Below are positions 9,049 through 18,749 of a DNA stretch of 64,000 nucleotides, piece by piece. The notes beneath the pieces are model-generated. The model made no database searches. It was not told where the DNA came from and saw nothing but the letters and a program-made list of their open reading frames with translations. Each line of letters begins with the position of its first letter. Within the stretch, counting starts at the first letter, position 1. The position numbers were made by a program, and so were the translations under genes. This DNA is from Acidilobaceae archaeon (GTDB lineage: Archaea; Thermoproteota; Thermoprotei_A; Sulfolobales; Acidilobaceae), in the NCBI GenBank assembly GCA_038897215.1, contig JAWAWX010000001.1, positions 160,001 to 224,000 of the forward strand. Direction: 5' to 3'.

Positions 9049-10222
9049 GGACAGGAGAGTCTTCGAGCCTCCAGTCGACAAGGTGGACTTAGAGGCTAGG
9101 AGGAGAGCGGCTGAGGTGATCAGAGAGAGCTTCTTGAAGCTCCTAGAGCACATAGAGAAGTCCGAGCCCCCGAGGCTAGTCATACCGAAGAGGACTCTCT
9201 CAAACACAATCTACGACCCGGAGAGAGGGCTCCTCCTACTGGGCGAGGAGTCATTCGAGAGAAGCTTCCTAGACGTTGGGGAAGCGAGGAAGTTCATGCA
9301 GACTCTACTAATGGCCAGCATAATCTACAAGGCTCTAGTCGAGAACGAGTACCCGACCATAAGAGACCTCTACTACAGAGGGAAGCACACGATAGCCTAC
9401 AGAGACCTAGCCGGCAGGCTGAGAGAAGAGAACACGTGGGACGAGCAGGCTGAGAGCGATGCTGTCATAAGAGACATAGAGGTCTACACTAACCTGCTGA
9501 GAGAACACATGCTGATCTTGAGCAAAGAGAAGGGGAAGGTGGTGGGGGATATGAGGATAAGGAGTGGCGGAGACGTGATAGACCTCTCCAGGCTCGGTCA
9601 CGGAGCCTACGCTATAGAGCCAACGCCGGACCTCATAGAGTTTCTCGACTACGACGCTGAGTTCGTTCTAGTAGTAGAGAAGGACGCTGTCTTCCAGCAA
9701 CTACACAGGATAGGCTTCTGGAGGCAGTACAAGGCGATACTCGTCACTAGCGCAGGCCAGCCCGATAGAGCGACGAGGAGATTCGTGAGGAGGCTCAACG
9801 AGGAGCTCAAGCTACCAGTATACATACTCACAGACAGCGACCCCTACGGGTGGTACATATACTCAGTCTTCAAGGTTGGTAGCATAACTCTCAGCTACGA
9901 GAGCGAGAGGCTCGCTACGCCGAAAGCCAGATTCCTCGGGGTATCCATGACCGACATATTCGGAGACAGGGGGAAGAAGCCCTACCTCACGGACTCCGAG
10001 AGGAAGAACTTCATCATCAGAGCCAAGGAGAGAGACTTGAAGAGAGCCAGGGAGCTGATGAGCTACCCGTGGTTCCAGACGCCTAGCTGGGAGAAGGAGG
10101 TCAAGATGTTCCTAGAGAAGAAGGTCAAGCTCGAGATAGAGGCTTTGACGGGCAAGGGGCTCAAGTTCCTTGCCTTCCAGTACATACCGGAGAAGATACA
10201 GAAGGGGGACTGGATAGAGTGA
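9041..10222 (+). CDS. top6A: DNA topoisomerase VI subunit A
   Basis: TIRDLYY (catalytic Tyr), VVEKDAVF, GQPD, TDSDPYG and KLEIEAL motifs. Confidence 0.97.
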   Translation: MSEDRRVFEPPVDKVDLEARRRAAEVIRESFLKLLEHIEKSEPPRLVIPKRTLSNTIYDPERGLLLLGEESFERSFLDVGEARKFMQTLLMASIIYKALVENEYPTIRDLYYRGKHTIAYRDLAGRLREENTWDEQAESDAVIRDIEVYTNLLREHMLILSKEKGKVVGDMRIRSGGDVIDLSRLGHGAYAIEPTPDLIEFLDYDAEFVLVVEKDAVFQQLHRIGFWRQYKAILVTSAGQPDRATRRFVRRLNEELKLPVYILTDSDPYGWYIYSVFKVGSITLSYESERLATPKARFLGVSMTDIFGDRGKKPYLTDSERKNFIIRAKERDLKRARELMSYPWFQTPSWEKEVKMFLEKKVKLEIEALTGKGLKFLAFQYIPEKIQKGDWIE

Positions 10223-10259
10223 TCGCAGTAGATAGCCCCCGGTTGCTCAGAGAGTTGAT

Positions 10260-10314
10260 TGGATGAGGAGCTCTGCCGCTACTGAGTCGGGTGATGTAGC
10301 GAACTCCAGGCTGA
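10260..10314 (+). ncRNA. candidate C/D box sRNA
   Basis: C-like TGGATGA 10260-66, D' CTGA 10282-85, C' GTGATGT 10291-97, D CTGA 10311-14; 15- and 13-nt guide regions; intergenic. Confidence 0.65.
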
Positions 10315-10320
10315 CATCTC

Positions 10321-10881
10321 TTGAGCAGCTCTCTGACGCTAAGGGAGGGCACGTACTACGAGCTCATCTGCAGGCTCTGCGAGCCCGGAGTAGAGACCCC
10401 CCTGGGGCTGAAGCTAGAGGGGGGCAGAGCGCGCTTCAGAGTCTACTCGAGGAAGCTACGGGCCTCCATGAGGGAGACCGAGAGGCTAGTCTGCCTAGCT
10501 CCCGTAGACCCTCTAGTCTTCTACGAGTCTGTCGTCGAGGGGAAGAGCGTAGTCTCCTGTAGCGAGCTCGACTCGAGCAGAGGGCACTGGCTTGTCTGCA
10601 AGCCCGAGCTAGTGGAGGAGAGAGAGGACTACGATGTCTATGCGTGCACTAGACTCGAGGTCGTGAGGGGGGCCTCGAGCCCCTACGCGAGAGCCTACGG
10701 TTGCTTGGTGGAGCTTCTCGTGCTACTGACCAAGGCTAGAGCAGGGGTTCTGGGAGCCGGGGCTCTAGAGTACGCTAGATGGCTCTCCTGGTGTATCGAG
10801 AGGTCTAGCTCGGTGGAGAGCTATGTGCGCGCCGCGAGAAACATACTCGAGCTTCTTGAGAGAGCTCTTAGAGAGAGCTAG
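10321..10881 (+). CDS. DUF447-like protein (flavin-binding split-barrel family)
   Basis: N-terminal E...TPLG, DPLVF and C-terminal RAYGCLVELLVLLTK resemble DUF447. Confidence 0.55.
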   Translation: MSSSLTLREGTYYELICRLCEPGVETPLGLKLEGGRARFRVYSRKLRASMRETERLVCLAPVDPLVFYESVVEGKSVVSCSELDSSRGHWLVCKPELVEEREDYDVYACTRLEVVRGASSPYARAYGCLVELLVLLTKARAGVLGAGALEYARWLSWCIERSSSVESYVRAARNILELLERALRES

Positions 10882-11584
10882 GAGAGCTCTGAGCCTCTAC
10901 TACGACATAGTCGAGCCAGTCGTAGAGCACCCTAGGCACAGAGAGAGCCTCTGTGGCTGTATCTGCGAGCTAGACCTCTGCTGGAGCGCTGCTGAGACCC
11001 TCTCGGAGCTAGCGGGAGAAGTGGAGGGCAGGAGAGTCTGCGTAGCAGGGCCTCTGGCCTCGGGGCTCGACTACAGCGGCTGCGATACTGTCGGCGCCCC
11101 GGAGGGTGGGCTCCTGCCTCTCGTAGAGGCTGGAGTCAAGCCTCTCTACGTAACCGGAGACCTGGACGTGGATAGCAAGCTGCTCCCAGTACTCCTAGAG
11201 TCTCCTAGAGTCCTCCTGGCTCACGTTCACGGAGACAACTTCTCTAAGCTAGAGGAGGTCCTGGAGCGCGGGGGGAGCTTGAGGAGACCTGGATTAGTGG
11301 TCACGAGCCAGGTGGAGACCTGTGGTTGCAGCATGCCTCTCGGAGGCTACACCGACGGCGATAGAGCTGTTCTCGTAGCCATGCTCCTCGGAGCGAGAGA
11401 AGTAGTCATAGCCGGCTACTCCTTCAGCTCAGCTGTCTTCGTCCACAAGACTAGAGCAGTGGCGCCCGAGTACAAGGCCGTAAAGCTCGCTCTAGCCTCC
11501 GAGGTCGTCAGAGAAGCCTCCCGCATATACGGCTACAGGCTCAGAGAGCTGGAGAGAGGCCTCGCTGTCCTGGAGAAGCTCTAG
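10823..11584 (+). CDS. mptE: 6-hydroxymethyl-7,8-dihydropterin pyrophosphokinase MptE-like (DUF115); the start may be TTG 10856
   Basis: VTGDLD, HVHGDN, TSQV and GGYTDGDRAV motifs. Confidence 0.75.
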   Translation: MCAPRETYSSFLRELLERARRALSLYYDIVEPVVEHPRHRESLCGCICELDLCWSAAETLSELAGEVEGRRVCVAGPLASGLDYSGCDTVGAPEGGLLPLVEAGVKPLYVTGDLDVDSKLLPVLLESPRVLLAHVHGDNFSKLEEVLERGGSLRRPGLVVTSQVETCGCSMPLGGYTDGDRAVLVAMLLGAREVVIAGYSFSSAVFVHKTRAVAPEYKAVKLALASEVVREASRIYGYRLRELERGLAVLEKL

Positions 11585-11627
11585 ATTTAACCTCTCAAAC
11601 TCCAGAGCCCCCCGTGGAGAAGGCTCG

Positions 11628-12422
11628 ATGCTCTACAAGCCCGTGGTCGAGACTTCTAGGCGTAGAGCTCTCTCAGTACCCCCTGATGCTCAGCTGGAGA
11701 GAGTCAGAGCAGTCTTCAGAGCCTACGGGGTCAGGGTTGTAGCCGTAGTGCAGGGCTCTAGGCTACTTGGAGTCATAAGCAGAGCTGACGTCATAAGAGT
11801 CACGGCAACCAAGACGGAAGCGTTAGCTAGAGACGTGGCGTCAGCTCCCAGAGCTACCCTGAGCCCGTCCACGACGGTAGCGGAGGCTCTTGAGAAGCTA
11901 CTCTCTCTAGGCGAGTGGTACCTGCCCGTGGTCAGCGAGGGAGACTTCCTAGGCTTCTTCGGCCTAGAGGACGCTATAGAGGCGTGCTTGAGCTCAGCGG
12001 AGTGCTCGAGGAGGCTAGAGGGCTTGAGGGTAGAGGAGGTGATGGTCGAAGACTACCCCAGAGTCCTAGCCACAGACCCCCTCAGCTCTGTCTGGAGACT
12101 CTTAACCGAAGAAGGCTACGTGAGCGTGCCCGTAGTAGACGAGAAGAACAGGATAGTCGGCATAGTCACTCAGTTCGACTTGATAAAGAAGGGCTACACG
12201 AGGATCCACGTAGAGTCGCCCAGCGGCCCGGCTAAGCGCCCGAGAGTGAGGAGCGCCATGACCAGACCATGCACCTACGTCTACCCCCACACTACAGTCA
12301 GAGAAGCGGGAGCACTACTAGTCACTAGAAACATAGCGGGAGCCCCCGTAGCTAGAGACGACGCCTCTAGAGCCATGGTCGGGTTCGTCTCCAGACTAGA
12401 GGTAGCTAAGTCGATACTCTAG
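11628..12422 (+). CDS. CBS-domain protein (4 CBS)
   Basis: Repeated PVV/G-I-V-T/S-x-x-D CBS motifs. Confidence 0.9.
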   Translation: MLYKPVVETSRRRALSVPPDAQLERVRAVFRAYGVRVVAVVQGSRLLGVISRADVIRVTATKTEALARDVASAPRATLSPSTTVAEALEKLLSLGEWYLPVVSEGDFLGFFGLEDAIEACLSSAECSRRLEGLRVEEVMVEDYPRVLATDPLSSVWRLLTEEGYVSVPVVDEKNRIVGIVTQFDLIKKGYTRIHVESPSGPAKRPRVRSAMTRPCTYVYPHTTVREAGALLVTRNIAGAPVARDDASRAMVGFVSRLEVAKSIL

Positions 12423-12461
12423 AGGGGGAGGAGGCTTCTAGCTATCTCGATATAAAGGTTC

Positions 12462-13475
12462 TTGGCTCTAGTTGCGAGAATGGTGCTGTGGTTGAGGGCT
12501 CCGCGCTTACCCTCAGCTAGGATGCACAAGCCTCCTAGCGCTCCCCTGCCGAGGTCTAGGCCTGAGGGCTTGAGGTGGCTTAGAGCAGACGGGACTCCTA
12601 ACTGGAGCCAGAGAGTTCACAGGTTTCAGGGTGCTGTCGCTAGGCTGTCTTCGACTCCGGCTATCACGATAACTAAGACTGCTACCATCATGGAGGCTGC
12701 TGAGCTCATGCACGAGAAGAGAGTAAGGGGGCTCGTCGTGGAGCACCTCGGTAAACCAGTGGGAGTGCTCATGGCTTCAGACCTGGTTAACTACCTGGGG
12801 GGAGGCCATCTCTACAGGATCGTTGTTGAGAAGCATGGAGACAACGTGTACACTGCTCTGAGAGGAGAGTACGTGAAGAACGTGATGAACTCCTCTCCCG
12901 TAGTAGCGTTCACGACTCAGAAGCTGGAGGAGGTCCTGGAGGTAATGGTGTCGAAGAGGATAGGCTTCATGCCTGTTGTAGACGAGAAAGGAGACCTCTA
13001 CGGAGTACTCACAGAGCACGATGTAGTCAAGGCTCTAGCGTCTCTCGATGAGCCGGCCGGAGTAGCCGTCGAGACAGTGGCGACGAGCCCCATAGTCGCT
13101 GTCTCCGAGAGCGAGCCGCTGAAGAGAGCTCTTGAGCTGATGACCTCCTACGGGTTTAGGAGAGTAGTGGTCGTAGACGAGGAGAGCCGCGTGGTTGGAG
13201 CGGTGACCTCTAAGAGCTACGTGTCGCTCTTCGGCTCTCATAGAGTCTTCAGGATGATGAGCACATTCAGCTTGAAGGAGGTTCTATCTATGCCAGCCAA
13301 GGTGGCGGTAGACCCCAGGTACTCCTACGTGAGCGGAGACGCTGACATAGTCGAGGCTTGCAGAGCTATGGCTGAGAGCGGTCTCAGCTGGCTTCTAGTA
13401 GTGAGAGGAGACGAGGTAACAGGCATAGTCACAGAGAGAGACATGCTGATAGCTCTGGCTCTAGAGGAGCTCTAG
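12462..13475 (+). CDS. CBS-domain protein (4 CBS)
   Basis: DLVNYLGGG insert; GFMPVVD..GVLTEHD; GFRRVVV; GIVTERD; the true start may be ATG 12480 or 12522. Confidence 0.9.
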   Translation: MALVARMVLWLRAPRLPSARMHKPPSAPLPRSRPEGLRWLRADGTPNWSQRVHRFQGAVARLSSTPAITITKTATIMEAAELMHEKRVRGLVVEHLGKPVGVLMASDLVNYLGGGHLYRIVVEKHGDNVYTALRGEYVKNVMNSSPVVAFTTQKLEEVLEVMVSKRIGFMPVVDEKGDLYGVLTEHDVVKALASLDEPAGVAVETVATSPIVAVSESEPLKRALELMTSYGFRRVVVVDEESRVVGAVTSKSYVSLFGSHRVFRMMSTFSLKEVLSMPAKVAVDPRYSYVSGDADIVEACRAMAESGLSWLLVVRGDEVTGIVTERDMLIALALEEL

Positions 13476-13488
13476 GAGGCTGAGAGTA

Positions 13489-14340
13489 GTGGGGGTCGCT
13501 AGAGTATCCACATACATGTCGTCGCCCGTCCACGTAGTACACCCTACAGACACTCTGGCTTACGCTAGAAACCTCCTCCTAGAGAAGGGGGTCAGTAGAC
13601 TCGTAGTGGTAGACGATGACGAGAAGCCAGTAGGGGTTCTAACGCTCTCAGACATAGCTAGAGTCATCATGCTAGGCTCTGAGAGAGAGCTCGACGAGAT
13701 CCTGGTGAGAGAGGTTATGAGCAAGCCCCCCGTGGTGATAGAGGAGTCTAAGACTCTCAAGACAGCAGCTAGGCTCATGCTGAAGCACAAGATCGGAGGA
13801 CTACCCGTAGTCGACGAGGAGGGGGCTCTAGTCGGCATAGTGACGAGAACAGACCTAGTGAGAGCTTTCGCAGACAGGTATGAAGGAAGGTACACAGTGA
13901 GAGACCTCATGAGGAAAAGCTTCCCCGTGCTTAGGAGAAGCCACTCGATATACTACGCTGCTAAACTAATAGAGGCAGATATCTCGGGCAAAGCCGTAGT
14001 CCTAGACGAGGAGGGGAGGCCAGTGGGGGTAGTGACTAGGAGAGACATCGCTTTCCTAGACCTCTCTCTGCTATCTAGGAGAGGCAAGGAGAGCTATAGG
14101 AAGGTGAAGGCGAGACACCCAGCTAGAGGAGAGCTCTCTCCAGCCAGGCTCTACCTGGTGCCTCTAGTCGAGGACGTGATGAGTAGCGACGTTGTGACAA
14201 CAAAGCCTAGCGCTGACGCTGCGGAAGCTGCTAGAGTAATGCTCGAGCACGGGATAGGATGCCTCCCTGTAGTCGACGAGGCTGGGAGAGCTATAGGGCT
14301 CTTGACTAAGATTGAGATACTCTACGCTATAGCTCTATAG
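13489..14340 (+). CDS. CBS-domain protein (4 CBS)
   Basis: YMSSPV, IGGLPVVD..GIVTRTD and IGCLPVVD motifs. Confidence 0.9.
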   Translation: MGVARVSTYMSSPVHVVHPTDTLAYARNLLLEKGVSRLVVVDDDEKPVGVLTLSDIARVIMLGSERELDEILVREVMSKPPVVIEESKTLKTAARLMLKHKIGGLPVVDEEGALVGIVTRTDLVRAFADRYEGRYTVRDLMRKSFPVLRRSHSIYYAAKLIEADISGKAVVLDEEGRPVGVVTRRDIAFLDLSLLSRRGKESYRKVKARHPARGELSPARLYLVPLVEDVMSSDVVTTKPSADAAEAARVMLEHGIGCLPVVDEAGRAIGLLTKIEILYAIAL

Positions 14341-14409
14341 CCTTGAGAAGACCGCTCTATATTAGGCTCTCGCTATCTCAAACCATAGAGAGCTAGAGGA
14401 CCTAGAGCC

Positions 14410-15201
14410 TTGAAATTCGTGATCATAACCGGTCCAGCTGGCTCGGGTAAGAGCGTGCTCACTGGAGAGCTCTCAGCCCTCATGGAGTCTTACGGTGTCG
14501 TCGTGGCTAGAGCTAACTTCGACCCTGCAGCCGAGTATCTGCCCTACGACCCCGATATCGATATCAGGCAGTACGTTACAGCCAGAGACTTCATGAGAGA
14601 AGGGCTGGGGCCTAATAGTGCTCTCATCGCTGCCGTAGACTCTATGATCAACCATGTCTTCGACGTCAGGAAGGTCATAGAGGACATAAATCCCGACTAC
14701 GTCGTAGTAGACACTCCAGGACAGATGGAGCTCTTCGCTTACAGACAGGGAGGCCCCTTTGTCTTCAACGCTCTCACTCACGGCTACCCCGTGGTCGTAG
14801 TCTTCCTGATAGACTCTCTCCTCCTAGCTAGCCCTGCTAGCATAGTCTCAGCATTCCTTCTAGCCTCGAGTGTAGCGATGAGGTTCAAGAAGCCTCAGAT
14901 CAACGTGATCAGCAAAGCAGACCTAGTTCAGCCAGAGAAGCTGAGAGAGTTGCTGGAGAAGCTCGGAGAAGAGGGCTTCCTGACATCTCTAGCAGAGGAG
15001 ATCTCGGACCCCTTCGCTAGGTCTCTAGCCGTTAGGCTAGCCGAGGCTCTCTACGAGAGCGGGTTCTTCGGGGAGGTGATACCAGTCTCTGTCGAGGACC
15101 CCCTCTCTCTAGGCAACCTCTACGCTAAGATAACCCAGGTGCTCAGTGGGGGGGAGGAGTACAAGTACTACGATGTAGCTAGAGCTGGGAGCGATGCTTA
15201 A
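14410..15201 (+). CDS. GPN-loop GTPase
   Basis: GPAGSGKS, NFDPA, GLGPN, DTPGQMELF and SKAD motifs. Confidence 0.92.
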   Translation: MKFVIITGPAGSGKSVLTGELSALMESYGVVVARANFDPAAEYLPYDPDIDIRQYVTARDFMREGLGPNSALIAAVDSMINHVFDVRKVIEDINPDYVVVDTPGQMELFAYRQGGPFVFNALTHGYPVVVVFLIDSLLLASPASIVSAFLLASSVAMRFKKPQINVISKADLVQPEKLRELLEKLGEEGFLTSLAEEISDPFARSLAVRLAEALYESGFFGEVIPVSVEDPLSLGNLYAKITQVLSGGEEYKYYDVARAGSDA

Positions 15202-15273
15202 CCTATAAGCTTATAAACTTATCCTGATAAGGACTCCCGGAGTCCAGCCTTAGGGCATGAGCCTTAGCGAAGG

Positions 15274-16185
15274 GTGGTGAAGAATCAGTTGAGTGACCAT
15301 AGTGCAATCGAGGTCTCTGAGAGCGAGTTGCTAGAGAGAGTCTCGGAGCTACAGGAGAAGATAGTCGCTGTCAAGGAGGAGAGGAGAAGGCTAGTCGAGG
15401 AGGTCAGAGGGCTCAGAGAAGAGAGGAGAAGGCTAGCGAGCGAGCGGAGAGAGCTCGTAGAGAGGCTCAAGGAGATCGGGAGAGAGCTCAGCTCTCTCAG
15501 AGAAGAGCACGCTAGACTAAAGGAGGAGAGAGAGAAGCTGAGGAAAGAGGTCGAGGCTAGGAGGGGAGAGCTCAAGATAGCATCTCAGCTAGCCGAGAAG
15601 GAGGGAGACGTGGCTAGGATAAGCTTGAGGAGGCTCCAGCGGAGGCTAGAAGAGCTAGAGTTCAAGCAGATGACCAGCGTCTTGACTGCTGAGGAGGAGA
15701 AGGAGCTAGTAGACCAGATAGCTCGGCTCGAGAATCTCATAATGAGAGTCAAGAGCGCCAGGAGGCACATGGTGACCCTAGTCGAGCTCAAAGCAGACTA
15801 CAAAGCGCTAGTCCTCCAGCTCAAGGAGACTAACTCGAAGCTAGCCTCAGTGAGGCAGAGGCTAGTAGAGCTGGTCAAGGAGAGAGACTCGCTTAGAGAA
15901 GAGGTCAAGAAGCTCAGCGATAAGATAGCTGAACTCTCATCTCAGATTGATAGCTTAAGCCAAGAGATAGACTCCAAGACGAGAGCTCTAGACGAGCTGT
16001 ACTCAGAGTACAGAGCGCTACTCTCGAGGCTCAGAGAGATGAAGATAGCTAGGAGGCTCAAGCTAACCCTAGAGGCTCTAGAGAGGAAGAAGAGAGAGGT
16101 GAAGGAGAAGGCTGAGAGAGGAGAGCCTCTGACTCTAGACGAGCTGAAGATACTCTACGGAGAACTCGACCAGGACCTGCAGTAG
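15274..16185 (+). CDS. archaeal coiled-coil protein (COG1340-like)
   Basis: Long heptad repeats; LEFKQMT..LTAEEEKELVDQIARLE; C-terminal GEPLTLDEL. Confidence 0.8.
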   Translation: MVKNQLSDHSAIEVSESELLERVSELQEKIVAVKEERRRLVEEVRGLREERRRLASERRELVERLKEIGRELSSLREEHARLKEEREKLRKEVEARRGELKIASQLAEKEGDVARISLRRLQRRLEELEFKQMTSVLTAEEEKELVDQIARLENLIMRVKSARRHMVTLVELKADYKALVLQLKETNSKLASVRQRLVELVKERDSLREEVKKLSDKIAELSSQIDSLSQEIDSKTRALDELYSEYRALLSRLREMKIARRLKLTLEALERKKREVKEKAERGEPLTLDELKILYGELDQDLQ

Positions 16186-16186
16186 C

Positions 16187-16576
16187 TCAGCTTGTTCTGC
16201 GGAGCCACTCACCGACTATATCGTAGCCGAAGAGTTCTCTCAAGAGCTTCCTGCCTTCCTCCGAGACTCGCAGAGGAGTCCAAGGCCTGCTGAAGTCTAG
16301 CTCTACGTCTACCTGAGCTCCGGGGATCCTGTCTTTTAGAGCCTCCTCCACGAAGTAGACTATAGTCCCGGCTAGCGGGCACCCTAGAGCAGTCATAGTC
16401 ATAACTACTCTTATCTCCGGCACGCCTCTCTCGTTTCTCCTAGCGTGCACCTCGTAGACTAAGCCTAGGTCGTAGATGTTCACCGGTATCTCGGGGTCGT
16501 AGACCTCCTTCAGAGCCTCCACTGCTCTAGCTAGGAGGTCCTGGTCTCCCACTAGCTTCACTCTATCCTCCAGCAC
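16187..16576 (-). CDS. SufT/PaaD/MIP18 (DUF59) Fe-S assembly factor
   Basis: VYDPEIPVNIYDLGLVY, TMTALGCP and PWTP motifs. Confidence 0.92.
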   Translation of the reverse strand: MLEDRVKLVGDQDLLARAVEALKEVYDPEIPVNIYDLGLVYEVHARRNERGVPEIRVVMTMTALGCPLAGTIVYFVEEALKDRIPGAQVDVELDFSRPWTPLRVSEEGRKLLRELFGYDIVGEWLRRTS

Positions 16577-16627
16577 TCCTCTCCTCCTATCCCGGCTTCC
16601 GTGCTCGAGATTTTTATCTAGTCGCTT

Positions 16628-18013
16628 CTAACTCCTCCTCTTCCTCACTGGGACTATGTAGTCCTTGGGGGCTCTCGAGAAGGGCTCGAGATACTTTCTC
16701 AAGACCTTGGGTATGACTACTGTCCCGTCTGGCTCTTGGTGGTTCTCCAGTATCGCTGTTATGGTTCTAGTCGAGGCTATAGCGGTGCTGTTCAGAGTGT
16801 GCACGTACTCTCTAGTCATCCCCCTCCTCCTGATCATCCTGATCCTCAGCCTGTAGGACTGCCAGTCTGTACAGTTGCTAGCGCTAACCATCTCTCTGTA
16901 CTTCCCCTGAGCGGGCATCCAGACCTCTAGGTCGTACTTCTTGTACGCTGGAGCCCCCAGGTCTCCTGATGCTATCTTGACTACCCTGTAGGGGAGCTCT
17001 AGCCCTCTGAACAGCTCTTTAGCGTTCTCCACCAGCTCCTCTAGGATGGCGTTGCTCTCCTCGGGCTTCGCGAAGACGAACTGCTCCACTTTGTGGAACT
17101 GGTGTACTCTGAAGACGCCCTTGAGGTCCTTGCTCCCCGCTCCAGCCTCCTTCCTGAAGCACGGGCTCACCCCGGCTAGCTTTACTGGGAGCTCGTCGTC
17201 GTAGATCTCGGAGTCGTAGTAGAGAGCAGCTAGAGAGTGCTCTGAGGTCGCTATGAGGTACAGGTCTTCGCCCTCTATCTTGTATATAGCGTCCTTGAAT
17301 GTAGCTAAGTCTATGACTCCCGACATGACGTTATGCCTGAGCATGTACGGGGGTAGAACCAGCCTGAACCCTCTGCTCGTGAGGAAGTCTATAGCGTAGA
17401 GGAGGAGAGCGAAGTCCAGCCACACCAGGTCGTCGAAGAGGTAGTAGAACCTGGAGCCTGCTACCTCACCCGCTTTCTTCGTATCCCCTAGCTCTAGAAC
17501 CTCTTCGAGCATATCAGCGTGACCCACGGGCTTCCAGTCTAGGAGCTCGTAGTCTACCCTGAAGCCATAGCGCTCAGTCTGCTCTCTAAACGAGTCTAAG
17601 TGCTCTCTCCAGACTCTGGGCTTGCCCCAGAACTCTACGGGGACGCTGGCTGTCTCGTCGCCCACGGGGACGTCGTCAGCCACTAGGTTGGGTAGAGAGA
17701 GCAGGAGGTCCTCCCGTCTAGCCTCTACGTCTCTCAGTCTAGCCTCTAGAGCCTCTATCTCTCTCAGCACCTCTCGAGCTTCAGACTTCAGCCGCTCTCT
17801 CTCAGCCTCGCTACCCGCTGTAGCGATCATCCTCGTTATAGTGTTGTGCTTGTGCCTAAGGCTATTCACCTCTGTCTGCAACCGCCTCCACTCTCTATCC
17901 AGAGCTAGAACCTCGTCGACCACACTCGGGTCCATGAGTCTCTTAGCGATATGCTTCTTCAGCTCCTCGGGATTCTTCCTGAGTAGCTCTAGCACGCTCC
18001 ACGTGTAAGGCAA
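16628..18013 (-). CDS. serS: seryl-tRNA synthetase
   Basis: N-terminal coiled arm; [34 protein letters not shown] and HTLNSTA motifs. Confidence 0.97.
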   Translation of the reverse strand: MPYTWSVLELLRKNPEELKKHIAKRLMDPSVVDEVLALDREWRRLQTEVNSLRHKHNTITRMIATAGSEAERERLKSEAREVLREIEALEARLRDVEARREDLLLSLPNLVADDVPVGDETASVPVEFWGKPRVWREHLDSFREQTERYGFRVDYELLDWKPVGHADMLEEVLELGDTKKAGEVAGSRFYYLFDDLVWLDFALLLYAIDFLTSRGFRLVLPPYMLRHNVMSGVIDLATFKDAIYKIEGEDLYLIATSEHSLAALYYDSEIYDDELPVKLAGVSPCFRKEAGAGSKDLKGVFRVHQFHKVEQFVFAKPEESNAILEELVENAKELFRGLELPYRVVKIASGDLGAPAYKKYDLEVWMPAQGKYREMVSASNCTDWQSYRLRIRMIRRRGMTREYVHTLNSTAIASTRTITAILENHQEPDGTVVIPKVLRKYLEPFSRAPKDYIVPVRKRRS

Positions 18014-18067
18014 CTCCTAGACCCCGAGGAGCTACCGAGAGCGGAGCTATATTAAACCGTTTAAGAA

Positions 18068-18127
18068 CAGGGTCGGGCTGTGGTCCACTCCACACTCTCT
18101 CGGACTGGCTAGGACACCTCATCCCCG
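18068..18127 (-). ncRNA. candidate C/D box sRNA with degenerate boxes
   Basis: Minus strand reads GGG-GATGA, guide GGTGTCCTAGCCAGT, CCGA, gagag, TGTGGA, guide GTGGACCACAGC, CCGA-CCCT, with a short terminal stem. Confidence 0.5.
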
Positions 18128-18298
18128 TAGAAGCGTAGAGCGCAATCCAGCCCTAATAGGTGCTCGGCTTGAGCCCCGTCTCTCGAAGACTTCCTGCTCT
18201 CGCATCTCGCCTTAGGCATCGCCGAGACCAGCGAGAGAGCCCGCCCCCTCTCTCTCGATTAGCTCTCCTAGCACGTAGAGGTACCGGTAGCCGGGAGC

Positions 18299-18736
18299 TT
18301 GGCTGGGTGGAGAGCCGCCTGTCTGAGCGCTCTGTCTAGGATTAGGGTTTTGCAGATTAGAGCCAGGATGGTGGCAGCTAGGCTGGGTCGTGGCGAGGAG
18401 GCTAGAGACTACGCTGTCAAGCTGGCAACTCTCTCCGAGGTATTGGAGAGAGCTGCTCTCAAGCTCGAGACAGTAGTCTACACTGGGGTAGCATCTGAGT
18501 CTGCTGGAGAGGCTCTCGCTGTCCTAGCCGAGGCTCTCAGGAAGATGAGGCACGCTTTGCCGCCACCTCTCCAGCACGATGCTCTAGCCTTGTGGAGAGA
18601 GCTCTCAGAACTCTCTCAATCCATGGCTCCAGACTCCGTCATCCACTTGAGCTCCTCGACTCTAGAAGCGGAAGCCGAGAGAGTCCTCAGAGAAGCGGAG
18701 GAGGTCGCTAGGAGTAGACTGAGCGAGCAGCGCTAG
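18299..18736 (+). CDS. divergent Snf7/ESCRT-III (CdvB-like) helical protein
   Basis: YAVKLA..LERAALKLETV..G and EAERVLREAEEVA resemble CdvB core and helix-5 motifs. Confidence 0.55.
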   Translation: MAGWRAACLSALSRIRVLQIRARMVAARLGRGEEARDYAVKLATLSEVLERAALKLETVVYTGVASESAGEALAVLAEALRKMRHALPPPLQHDALALWRELSELSQSMAPDSVIHLSSSTLEAEAERVLREAEEVARSRLSEQR

Positions 18737-18749
18737 CTCGGCGCGGCTC

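Noticed and set aside
18070-18130. split or relic tRNA 5' half on the plus strand
   Set aside because: No valid anticodon loop (no U33) and no BHB leader; a minus-strand C/D RNA explains the sequence better.
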